A stretch of DNA of 64,000 bases from Dimorphilus gyrociliatus (lineage: Eukaryota > Animalia > Annelida), in contig CAJFCJ010000005.1 in assembly GCA_904063045.1 (NCBI GenBank), positions 1,441,988 to 1,505,987 of the forward strand, read 5' to 3'. Below the pieces are notes generated by a model. That model did no database searches. It was given only the letters and a program-made list of their open reading frames with translations, and was not told where the DNA came from. Position 1 is the stretch's first letter; every line of letters starts with the position of its first letter. Both the position numbers and the translations under genes were made by a program. Shown in pieces: positions 12,353 to 24,188 of the stretch.

Positions 12353-15300
12353 ATGGAACCTTCAGGTAAGATCTAGTTTACGTTAAGCCTGCTTTTTTTA
12401 CTTCTTACACAATACAGGACGACCTCCCGATGTAAACAAGAAACCCAACTTTCTGAATTTTGACAATTTAAAGGCGATCAGAATACCGAAAACACGACAT
12501 GAGAAAGGCAAAGGTTACATAACCATGTTTTTAGATAAATTTCTATTAAAAGATATTCGAAGCAGTTTGAATTATGAAAATATGCAATTACTTTATAGGA
12601 TTCAGAGTTTTATTCTCTTTGACTTTAATTATGAACGGTTAAATTTAACTGAGCTAATATTAAAAATGTTTTATAACTTTTTTAGGCTCCTCTGTTCTGG
12701 AAAAAGTAGACTTAAACTCGTTTATGTTTTCTAACGAATTACTTAAGATTATCGAAAAAAGCTTCCTGCGTTTTGAATCAAAGAGAAATTTTGAATATAA
12801 AGGCGCACAATTCGTCAATAACCGTGTCAAAATGAACATGGTAAGTAGTATATTATTTTTTGTTTTCAAACGGTTCATATTTAATGTTAAGAAATATGCC
12901 AATTAGTATTTTTTGTTTTAGTTCAACAATCGGCGAAAGGAGTTGAAGGCATCTGGATATAGTGAGAGGGAACTCAAAGAAGAATATGGTTTTATGATAT
13001 TACATCCTAATAATCCTGAAAAAGTTTGAAAAAAATCTTATTTGAAAATTTTACATATATTTTTTCCCTCAGTTCAACGAGTTAAGTGTCCACGGTGTTA
13101 AAGTAGGGAACAACAAGAAAAATATTTTGGGCTCATCTTCTAAAGGCGTTTTACTTAGTCGTCATGCTGATCTAGTTGCAAGTCATCATTTAGAACCTGG
13201 AGACGTTTTTGATTTGTTTATATTTAAATATATCAGGGTAACATTAAAATTTTTAAGTACAATTGATATGACAAGTTGGATTAACATTTTAGGGGCGCAT
13301 GAAAGCTATTGATCCATCCGAAAACGAAATTGATCCTACCTTCAATTTTGATGCCCATATTATGAAGGGAGGAGAAACTATAAAGCAAAAATTAAATCAT
13401 TTGTCAATATCTCAAGCATTCGGTTATGCACAGGTTAAAGCAGATCAATATAATTTTCTTTATTTGTTTAAGAATACTCTTTATTAAACTATTTCATACT
13501 TTTGTAAAAATAGCTATTTACAAAATGTAAGAAAATACTAAGTTTGAAAATTTCCGACAGATTTTTCTGTATGAGTATGATGAGACAGCTGAAATTGTTG
13601 AAAGCCCTAGACATGTTTGTCCTCATGCTATTGTATCGGTAAAATTACAAAACAGATACCGAATGTTCAAAGATGTAAAAATTACGCGTCGATCAGTTGA
13701 TCTGGCAGATTCTTCTATAAAAATGTAATTGTTAAAACTTTAAAATTAGTTCAATTTATAAGAAATATTTAAGCCATTTAAACGTTAATTTCAGTCAACG
13801 CTATTCCGTCCCTCCTAAACATCAACTCAGCTACAATTTACATCTGCCTTCTACGTCGTCAACTTTAAGCTCAGGAAAAAACGAAGCCGCTCCTGCTAAT
13901 CAATCTCATCCCAATGTACTTAAAACTAAAGATATAAGTAAAAAATGTCCGTCTTATAATAAAAGATTGTTTTTGTAGCCTCCCACTGCCAAGTCAAGTG
14001 AAAATCGCATTGTTTGGAAGGGACATTTGTCCACAAACAAGAACCGGATTTTGTGTGAATGTATTCTAGTCTCTAACAATTCTTTACTTGTGTCTATTGA
14101 ATTGTAAGTCATTATTTATTGTGGAGGCAAAATGAAAGATAAAACTTTTTCAGGCCGAAAGTCATTTACTTGCAAAACCGCATTGGACTTCATGATGTGG
14201 AAGACAAACATTTTAGTGGTGTGACAGCCATCAGTTTCAAAAAGGAATCACTAAATTCTCAAAACGGTTATATTAACGCATTTAAGCTAAAACAAGCTGA
14301 CGGGTGCAGCAAAACTCTGAATGGAATTTCAAACTATTTTGCAAACACTCACTCTGCTGGCTTAGCAGACTTACCCAATGGATACCGGATTCTGGTTTTC
14401 CCACTCTGCGAGTTAACTGAAAAGTTAGGTGAGATATATTTATCTCTATTGTTTAAAAGAAGTTGAAATTATTATAAAAATATTTCATTTTCGTGAGATA
14501 TGCATTTAATTAGATTCACTTCACTAGGTCTCCCCAAGGAAAACACATCAGCAGATGTGTTTGTAATAATTTTATCGCGTACAAGTCTTCAGCTCCCTCA
14601 GAAAGCCTCCATCTTTACCGCTCCGAAGGTGGGGGCGAGAACCAAGGAGCAAGGCATTCCTGGAAAAATAAGCGAACAGCAAAAGGTAACTTTTTAATGA
14701 TATATGTATTTCTAACTATCATTTTAAATTCCGGAAGTGTAATTTCCCCACTTCCTCTTACTTTTTAATATCTAAAATTTCTTGAAAATTTATAAAATAG
14801 TCTTATCTTTTTTATAAAATTAACCTCGTTAAATTTTATTCCTACAAACTAAAAAACATTTATAATAAAAATTATACTAGAAATCTTTTAGAAAAGTGTT
14901 TTCGTAAAATGTGTACCCTACGCAACTACAGCTGGATGTTAGTACCGCATTGAGTATATGAGAATTATTTGCCCTCAATCAAGGTTATAAATTTATATGA
15001 AAGATGATACAACTAGTTATCGATAAATACGTAGTTTAACTTCTGATAATCAAAAGTTTGAAATTAGAGCAAAAACAGATATTTCCAAACTTTATTAATA
15101 AAAAATTTAGGCATTTTCATGCTACTTAGTTTTATTGTAAGTCTTTGTAAGATCGTTTACTATACCATAATCTCAAATAAGCGAAATTAAATGAAGACTG
15201 TTGGTAGTATGCATGTTAATAGTCTATTCTTCAGTTTAGATTTTTTGCTGGAAAAGAAATGACTACAGGAGATAATATCAGTCCGGAATGCTAATATAGT

Positions 15301-17661
15301 GCTTAACTATTATAGTGTTTAACAAATTTCCAACATGTTAGCTGATTTCTGTATCGTTTTTTTATATTCTAAAGGTATTGATGAGTCGGAAACACACAAA
15401 AAGTTGTACAGACCCAGGCGAGATTCACCAAGGGAACGTTACGAATTGGGTTTCAACGAATGTTCAAAAAGTAGCAGGCGAACCTACCGGAAGGATGAGT
15501 ATAATAACCAATACAGAGTGTATCGGTCCCGCAAGAGAAAGAAACGATCAAGATCGCGATCGCTGCCATATAACAGACCACGTGAAAAAGTCGAACAGAA
15601 AGGGCTCTCATGGAGGAGAGCGAAATCGCAAGCATCACCCAGAAAAGAGGAAATATTCGACAAGTATCCAGCATCAAAAGACTATAAAAGAGAACATTGG
15701 TCAAATAGACAATGAGATACCCTCAAAACAAAAAAAAAGAAATGGCGATAGCAAAGAGTCTCGAACTGAGTTAAACAATTTATCCAAAAAGTCTATTGAG
15801 TCTATAACACCTGATGAAAGTTCATCAAAATTAAACAACTTTCGTGCTATTAATAAAATACTGACATATCAATACTATATGGATGATTTTCCTAGTGAGT
15901 ATATTTCAGGAGAATAATCAATAACTATATGTAAAACTGTTTCAAGGTCCCAGCAAAAGTATACTGAGATCGAGAAAAACTTTTTCTTGCCCTTTTGATT
16001 ATTATTTTGCTCTGAAGAAGAAGTTTGTGAGTGATATACAAAACTACCTGACCTCGCATCCTTCAATTCAGGGAACTCCTTCAAGCACTTCTTCTTTGAC
16101 ATTTACTGATTCATCTAGTGTCAGCAATAAAAATGGAAGCTCGGAAAGTGTTGATAAAAAATCAGAAACGAAGGCCTCAAAAGGTCAGGAGAATAAGCAC
16201 AGCTCAAAGAAAAGTAATAGGCCTAAAGACGAAAGAGTTAAATCGGTGGAAGCAATACCGTCCAAGTCAATCAGTCAAACAAGACGGGTTGAGTTGAAAA
16301 GCAACGGGAAAAAATTCATCAATCCAAACTATGATGAGTTTTCTGATTCAGCTCCCATTAAGTCTTATGCTTTTGTATCTTACGATTATGATAAAACTTC
16401 ATATAAGTCCAATTGGATTATTGGTAGGAATAGTTTCTTTATTTGTAAATTAAACCTTTTATCTTCTATGAACTTCATGTGAAAATCATATTTATCATTA
16501 CAGGAGAAGAGGGCGAACTAGAAAGACCAATTGAAGATATTAATTGCATGAAAAATTTGATGGATTTTACTGTTACTATACAAGGTTTAAGTGATGGAAA
16601 TAGGAAAAAATTAGAGAAAAGTGGAACTGGCAGAATAGCCATGACTTATTTGGTCTTGCATGGGCAATTATCCACCCATGATGAAACCAAACATGAAGAA
16701 ACACTAATAGAGAGTTTATGGCTGGAAGGTTTACATAGCTTCATCCCTAAGTCTATTAGAGAGATAAGTGACAGAAGAGATAGTAAAGAAGACAACAGTA
16801 TTTTCCACGTGAGACAGCTGATGGTTAGTTTAGGACTTTATATTGCATACTATTTTTAACTCAATATATTCACAGAAAAACAACAATGGAGTCTCTGAAA
16901 TAATACAAAGTTTTAAGAGGGCTAACAATGCTCCGTAAGTAGTGCTGTCTATTTTTCAAATTTTGAATACAGCACTTTTTTATGAACTAGGAACGATCGA
17001 GTAGCTGCTATGACATTTCTTCGATCATCTTATAAGAAATATGAGAGTCCATTGTGAGTATTCACTTAATCCATAAATATATATACATTTATATATATAT
17101 GTACTAATATATATACTGTATAATAACTGAATAAATTCTTTTCAGAGAGGTTGAAGATGAAGCTACCGTAAGTTAACTTTTTGCGTTTTCTATTTCCTTC
17201 ATCTGGTAAAACATGTACAGAATCTTATTAATATAATTATGTTTTTACCAGTTTAGATTTTTACATAAGATTAATATTTTTCCTCATAATTTATTCCATG
17301 CATATACATTATAGTATACTGCTGAATTGGATTCTTCTTGCTATAGTAAAGGTATAAAAGGGATTGCACAGTAAACTTACCCAGTTGATTTACAAACGTC
17401 AAGTGATTCTCTCCTGATGTGTGCTTGATGGCAGCTCATTTTATTTATTATTGTGTACAATCTTTAAAAACTATTAATCAGTGTAAGACTGTTACATCAA
17501 GCTAGGTTTCGATATCATTCTGTGGCACTCTTTATTGTTACTTCTCGAGGCTTTATATCTTGTGACTCTTGTTTTTTGAGATTTTCAACTTGAGCCATTT
17601 TCTTTGAAAGTTATAAATTTTTTTATTTCAGAACTGCGTCAAAAGCAAATCGAGATACTAA
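12353..17661 (+). CDS. TASOR: TASOR/FAM208-like protein (DUF3715 pseudo-PARP plus SPOC domain, then low-complexity tail); 3' end uncertain
   Basis: Spliced N-terminus: IRIPKTRHEKG-GSSVLEKV...NFEYKGAQFVNN...FNNRRKELKASGYSERELKEEYGFM...GSSSKGVLLSRHADL...FIFKYIRGRMK...IDPTFNFDAH...FLYEY...PRHVCPHAIV. This follows TASOR DUF3715 (GSPSMGVYLSRYADL, PRHVCPYAV). SPOC-like segment IVWKGHL...ELPKVI...GLADLPNGYRILVFP at about 13980-14430. Exons can be joined in frame to about 17170; a possible stop at 17661 is tentative. Confidence 0.8.
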
Positions 17662-20603
17662 AACAAAGAGATAATAGCGTTATCACGTGAGTAAAAGAGC
17701 TGTTGCTGAAGTACAAGAACTCTGTGATTCTCTAAATTGTTTTGTTTATTTATGTTTACCGACTTTCCCATTCCTGTTTTCTTGGTGGTTCATGTATAAA
17801 AGTTTTACAGTAGCAATAGAAAAAAGTTTGATTATTCATAGTTTCACTCTTTTTGTTATATCCATTTGTATTTCCACCTTTTCTATCAAAATCAGTTATC
17901 ACCTATAAAGTGAATAGTAGCACTACTATTAGGAATTTGCACATATCCTTGTATTCATATTTTTTTTGTATTGCTAAAAACTGGCACATAATTTTTGTAG
18001 GGATTTTCCCGAGGACCAAGGTTGGCCGTTAACTTTGTACAAAATTGATTTCTCTGAAGAAGCCAATGGTATGTACATAATACGTGACATCTTGCACGAG
18101 AAAATCCGTAAAACAATAAACTTTAGTTTCCTGGTATTATTCTTGACATTAGTCCAAAAGAAAAAAGAAGCGACTTATTAGTAATTGATCACCAAGATGT
18201 CAGTATGCTAGCCAGATGGACTATTTCTTCAAATATTTTTCAAACAAATATACTAGAGAAAAACAAATAAATACCATTTTTTATCATACAAACAGAACTA
18301 GTAGTAGCAGAGAAATGTGATTCAAAGTTTCCCAATCAACGAATTTTCATAAAACATTTCGAATCTTCCTAAACTTCCCAAATCATTTAGCGGTTTTATA
18401 TTTCTTGAATAGGCAGCCCAAAAAATTTAGGAGATTATACGTTGTTCGATTTTACTATAATTACAACACTACGCCTTAGGATAGGCAATTAATATCGGGA
18501 ATATATATCCTTTATAGGTGAAAAAGCTGAAGAGAACTGGTACGAAGAGGAATATAGTGTTGGGAATTTGTTTGTAAATATAGACAACAATTCCGAATAT
18601 TTCTTCAACTTTATCAATTTTAACATTGATTCTATATCAGAAATTAGTTCAACAGATCGTGTGCGGTAAGTTAATTTCTGAATAATTCAGTAGGAAAATG
18701 CAAAAAGAAAAATAGTACAAAATTTTCTATACCAGTTTTGTCCTGGGCAAAACAAAAATCATACTTTTGTAAAAGATTAGGATCTGGTGAAATTAAGATA
18801 TATTAACGAATTCTTGAGGTATTACTTATACTATATTGAATTTTAAATATACGTTGTAAGAATTCAATCATATATCTGAAAAACACTTTCTATTTTAATC
18901 TGAAATTTCTACTTTCGTTTTATGTCTTTCAATACTAGTATATTTATATAACAGACTGTGGATAGATCAAGGACAACACGGATCTTGCTATCTCTCTTCA
19001 CAGAATAATTCGCAATCAATTAAATTAATAGATACGGATCGATACGGAAGGAAGAAATGGAGCAATTGTAATAATTATAAATTGAGTTCAAGAACACTTC
19101 AGTTGTCTCAGGTCCACACTTGGATAGATAACTTTCTTGAAACAGAAATAGAAGCCTTACAAAGAAATATGAAAGCTTTAGGCTTGGGATTAAAAGCTGA
19201 GGAGAGACTGGAGCATTTACATGCACTTAGTGAACAGACTGTCTTAGGTTCCACATCCGATAATACAAAAATAAAGGAAGTTTTTACTCAATTTCGTCTT
19301 GACTGGTTAAGAAAGGATCCACTAGATAAAGTTATAAGAGAAAAAAGTAACTGTTTCAAACCCAATAAATCTATACCCATGAGGTAAGAATCAAGTTAAA
19401 ATACTATAAATTCTATCATTGCGTATTTTCACAGATTCACTGTTCAGAGTATTGTTCGGGATGAAATTCAAATTTTTGACGTAGAAACGCAGAAAATTTT
19501 ACATGCTATACCTTCAATAAACAAGTTAAAAGACCCCACTTCAGCCAACCAACATAAGACGGTACAGCAATATTTAAAAAAGATAGCTAAGGCTGTTAAT
19601 TGTAGAAAAAGAGGGTCATCAGATGAAAGCACATCAACTTCCATTTCGTCAAAAGCCCAAAAGTTAGATTTGCAATCCGTATCTGAAAAGTTTTCAAATA
19701 ATAAAGCTAACGGCTATAAATCAGTCGATAGCTTCAACTTATCGGTAGCAACTTTAGAAAAATCCATTAAAAATTTTATATCAAATTTGAGGTTGGACAA
19801 TGACTTAAAGCTTCAAAGACCCCTAAAAGTTCGAAGAAAGACTAAAAACATCAAGTATTTTGAAGAGAAAATAAATGAAGATATATCAGTCATATTTAAA
19901 GATGTAGCTAATAGTAGTGAGAAACTATTAAATTCATTTTCACAACATAGCGTCAAGGTCTTACTTGTGAAGCGACTTGAAAATGATATGTTAATATTAG
20001 CGGTTAAGAATCAGGATGCTTTTGTAAAAAGAGCTGAGAAAATACTACAGCTTGAGAACAATACTTTTTTAAAATCTCTTTTGTTTGCTATAAGAGATAA
20101 GCGGGAAACAAGCGAAATGTTGGATATGCAATTAAATCAGACATCGCTAGACATTATTGCAGAAAAAGGGTTTATTGAGATTCTAGATAGTCTTCAAGTA
20201 GAGTTTGATAAGATAGGAGGTACCAATGATTCGGAACTTCGAACCAGATTTTCGAATAAAAATTTCACATTAAGACTATCAGAAAATGCTAATTATGTGA
20301 TGAAGCAAAGGGATTATTTAGCAGCCATTGAAAAAGATAATCATTTTAGGAGAGGGAATGGCGAATTCGAAATTAGGGGCTCAGTGGATGAGAGTAATGA
20401 GCTTCGAAAGAAAAATTGTTTTACAATTGAAAATAACACAGAGAGGACTGTTGTATTGGCAAAAAAAGAAGTTATAAGGGAGGATGGAGAAATAACTTCT
20501 GAAGACGGTAAGATTTAGCTGTCGTTTGACTTTAAAACTCCCCCAAAGCACTCTTTAAGAAATTTCTCCTACTTTCTAACATTATAATACAGAAAAGGAT
20601 TGA
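17632..20603 (+). CDS. Unresolved multi-exon coding region of unknown function (C-terminal extension of the TASOR-like gene or a separate orphan gene)
   Basis: GT-AG-bounded open segments at 17999-18068, 18518-18665, about 18955-19383, and 19435-20508 (which includes the 282-aa ORF). No family motif recognised; splice phase is unresolved around 18070-18820. Confidence 0.55.
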
Positions 20604-21122
20604 GGAGGAAGAGGATGGAATTATACTATGCTAGCCACATCATAACCTAGCAAAACATCAAAGTGATCAAACAAGAATTTAGGAGGTGGAAAGTATGCCA
20701 AATTTGCCTTGTTGTAGTCTAAGTGTTTGTTCTGTATAATTTCTTGGTATAAATTTATTGTGATTATGACCGCTTATCCTCTCTATAAATGTGAATTATG
20801 CTATAATGTAGTTCTAATTTGTTTGCTAGTATTGTTGTTTATTTCGGATACTATTTCACAATTTAAAATTCCAATTAAATCTTCATTCATTCCAAGATGA
20901 TCTGTCAATGAACACGTGACGGAGTATTTATAATTAACATTTGAAAATATGCAAATTGTCTACAATAAGACAAATTCAATATTTCGTTGTTAGAGTTGTT
21001 ATTTTGATATTGTCGCACTCTTTTTTACAACCGAATTATAATAAATATAAGAAGGTCTCAAACTGAAATAAAGATTTTGATCACTGCTGTGTAGGGTAAT
21101 AAATGATTTCGCTAATCTGAGT

Positions 21123-24065
21123 TCATTGATCAGAAACATCACTATCTAGAGAACTATGTCTGGATAAAGATGATCCTGTATGAGAATCTTTTGAATGTGT
21201 TGACGTTTCAGTGGTCCATTCCTGAGAAGTCTTTTCGCTATCTTGTGAAAACTCCTTTATTTCATAGGAGATTAGGGAAATACTGCCAGCCATGGATAGC
21301 CTGTTGGGTCTTATTCTGCGCCGCATTGCTGCTTAATATAAGTAGTAAGTGCTTTCAGAATCATAAGCGTGAATAACTTACAACTTGAATTATAAAATTC
21401 ATCTCCACGACTGTTGCTAGTATCAGCATCTCGACTTTTACTACTACCAAGAGGAGATCTTGTTATATCAGCCGGTTGTCGTAATATTCCTTTTTGAGGA
21501 GGCTGTGCTACGATGCCAGCACTTTTAACGAGACTTTGTTCCATCTTTTTCGATATAGACTGAGGAAGTGAGTCTATAACTGTTTGTGAACACAGACAAG
21601 CAACAAAAGGTGTCCAGAATGCTTGCCAATATAGGGCTATCAAGGTAGCCCAACATGGTGAAAAATTATCCCTTTCTGGGAGGGTGAGAGCAGTTGTTGA
21701 TATTAATACTATTAGACTTGCGGTAACTTGTACAACAGTAATGCAAATGAAGCGTATTCTCATTTTGCTATCTGCCACAGCGGCAGTATCAGTAGTGATG
21801 CTAACTACGTGAATTGATCTATGAAGCAGATAAGTTAGACACTTGTGCTAATCAAATGTGGAGAAATTCAAATTCTACCTTGAAAATAAATACGTAAATC
21901 TTACCCCAAGTACCGTAAATAAAATACCTATTATGACTATTGAATAAACAGCTGCTATCTCATATTTGTTACGAGAAATTAACGACCAGCATAAAGCATC
22001 ACTTCCATAGGCAGGTAGTTCTGTACCCGACTGTCCATTTATTGGCATAAAAGATATTATAGCTGCGAAAAGCCTAGCTACATGCAGCTGGGATGATAAA
22101 ACAGAACCTTCTTTGCCTCTCTTTAAACCGTTATAAATGTATCTAGCGAAAGTGAAATACGAAAAGCTATAACAAATCCATGAGAAAGATAAAATCCAAC
22201 CAATGAATAAACATTGGGTGGAGTATGACCATAGCAGTGCATTCTCATTAAAAATTCCTCTAGTAATTTGATGTTGGCAAAAAATAAATAGAGCATGCAA
22301 TCCTACTAATATTCCTACAAAGAAAAAATTGCTGATTAGTAAATAACAGTAGATGAGTGCTATTGGTACCATAGAGTCCTAAGCATGTTTGGAGTTGTTT
22401 AGCAACAGTATTGTGAACATTTTTCTGAGTAAAAATTATCATTCCCAAATTAGCCGACAATATCCAGAGTGCAGATAATATTAACATTGAAGGTAGACCA
22501 TTTCCTCCCAAGAGTTGATCAAAAGAGGACACTCCGTCACTCTTCTGACCGGATTCAATGTGACAATCTTGAGAATAAGGGAAAAATCTGCATTGAATTA
22601 ACAATTGTACCCTAACTCTTCTTATAGATCTTACAGCTGAATTTGGCGAAAGATAACTTGAATAAAATCCTTTCCAAGCCTCAATACGATCCGTCAATTG
22701 AGTGAGTCTTGTATTGTAAAGATAAAAAGTGAGAAGATTTTCAGGGGGAGCAATAATAAATATGTCAAAATTTACAATAGGGTTATCGTTCAGCCGTATC
22801 TCCCTCAAGTTTGCAGTTAATTCAAAGAGATCAGTATGCAGATTTTCTAATTGATTATAACTCAAATCTATGAATTGTAATTGATGTAGAAAGGAGAACG
22901 CAAATTTATGAATGAACTTTATTCTATTATTCTTAAAGGTTACTTTTTTAACATTAAATTCATACATTTCAGTTTTACATTAACTTATATTACTCAATAA
23001 GTAACCTTTAAACATAGGCTTGTTACTCTCGTCATTTTTGATAATAGCCATTCGCTAACTATTTGCAGTTGATTTGCCGAGAAGTCAACTTCTAGTACCT
23101 CTGAAATGTTGTTATTTAATTCAATGATACTTGAGGATGAAGGATTCCATGTTGTATTTCTAATGATAAGCATTTGTAGTTCAGTCATTTCACCAAAAGC
23201 TGTATCATCAAATTGAAAATCATCATAGAAAATGTTGGAGATATTTAGAATTCGAAGATTTTTTAAGGGTTGTAAAGTATCGTGAGAAATATACTTAAGA
23301 GGAGTATTTGATATATTTAATATTTGTAATAAACCCTGATTGTCAAAAGCTTTTCGTGATATTGTCATCAAATTACCATCACTAAGATCCAACCACCTTA
23401 AGTTACTAAAAGATGAAAAATTACAATTATAATTACAAGTTTCATTATCACTTTAGACTCACATAAGTTTTCTGAAAGTAAAATCATTGACATCTTTCAT
23501 ATTTACTCTTAAATCCGTTATCAATTCAAGAGTTTCTATTTTTAAATCTTTTAAAATTATTGATACATCTGTTTTTGCCACAGAGCATATAAATTGATAA
23601 TTGGAGCATCGACACAGGTCAATGTCTTCTAAATCAACCAACTTACAAGTTCTACATATAAAAAATTATTACAGAATGTTTAGGGAAAAAACTTGTTTAA
23701 ACCCCGTAGATCTGCTATCGAATTCAAACTCTGACTCTTTAGTAAATGCTAATGTTAAAAGCTGCTTTTCGTTGGGTCCAAAGACATTTTCATTTGTTGG
23801 TAAACAAAATCTATCGGGATAGTCTTGATCCCTACTTTCATCGTAGCTGCCTTCGCAATCTCCTCTACCATCACACCATTTGTAATGAGGAACGCAGCGT
23901 GCCTCTTTTGATAACCCTCCAAGTCGGGGACATTGATACTCTCCAACAGAGCAAATGACCGCCGCTGTTACTGAGAATCTAAAATTGTCTCCTATACGTC
24001 AATTCCTTTTCGCTATAGTAAAAAACTTACTGAATAATAATTAATGAAACTAGTAAACACTTCAT
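21123..24065 (-). CDS. LDLa + leucine-rich repeat GPCR (LGR type C, relaxin receptor RXFP1/2 or Lgr3/4-like), divergent 7TM
   Basis: Signal peptide MKCLLVSLIIIQ|FSVTA; LDLa module CSVGEYQC...CVPHYKWCDGRGDCEGSYDE (a different frame from the ORF-track call at 23755-23946); LRRs such as LQFIDLSYNQL and LREIRLNDNPI; hinge SDGVSSFDQLL; TM motif NALLWSYSTQCLFIG; Ser-rich tail ending at 21123. Confidence 0.85.
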
Positions 24066-24188
24066 AGTTAGAATTTTAAAAGAATCATTACGTCATATCA
24101 CAACTACATAAGATTTATTATGAAGGAAATTTTAACGTTCAAAAGAGTAAGAAAAATCGTTTAGAGTATAGTTTAAAAGATAAAACAT

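Noticed and set aside
12525-12734. 69-aa ORF read through the TASOR 5' region
   Set aside because: Mostly intron 12514-12686; splicing it out gives the TASOR-like frame.
17081-17120. AT-dinucleotide-rich tract
   Set aside because: Degenerate simple repeat in an intron, with no element structure.
17943-18040. Possible second AT-AC intron (ATATCCTTG ... CCGTTAACTTTGTAC)
   Set aside because: The branch site is imperfect, no homology supports the frame, and a canonical GT-AG exon at 17999-18068 explains the region. ATATCCTT also occurs at non-donor sites (for example near 18505, 51006 and 52703), and a rough estimate at about 70% AT gives several chance hits per window. Junction reads would settle it.
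23755-23946. 63-aa minus-strand ORF (MESINVPDLEG...)
   Set aside because: Wrong frame; the same DNA encodes the LDLa module of the LGR in another frame.
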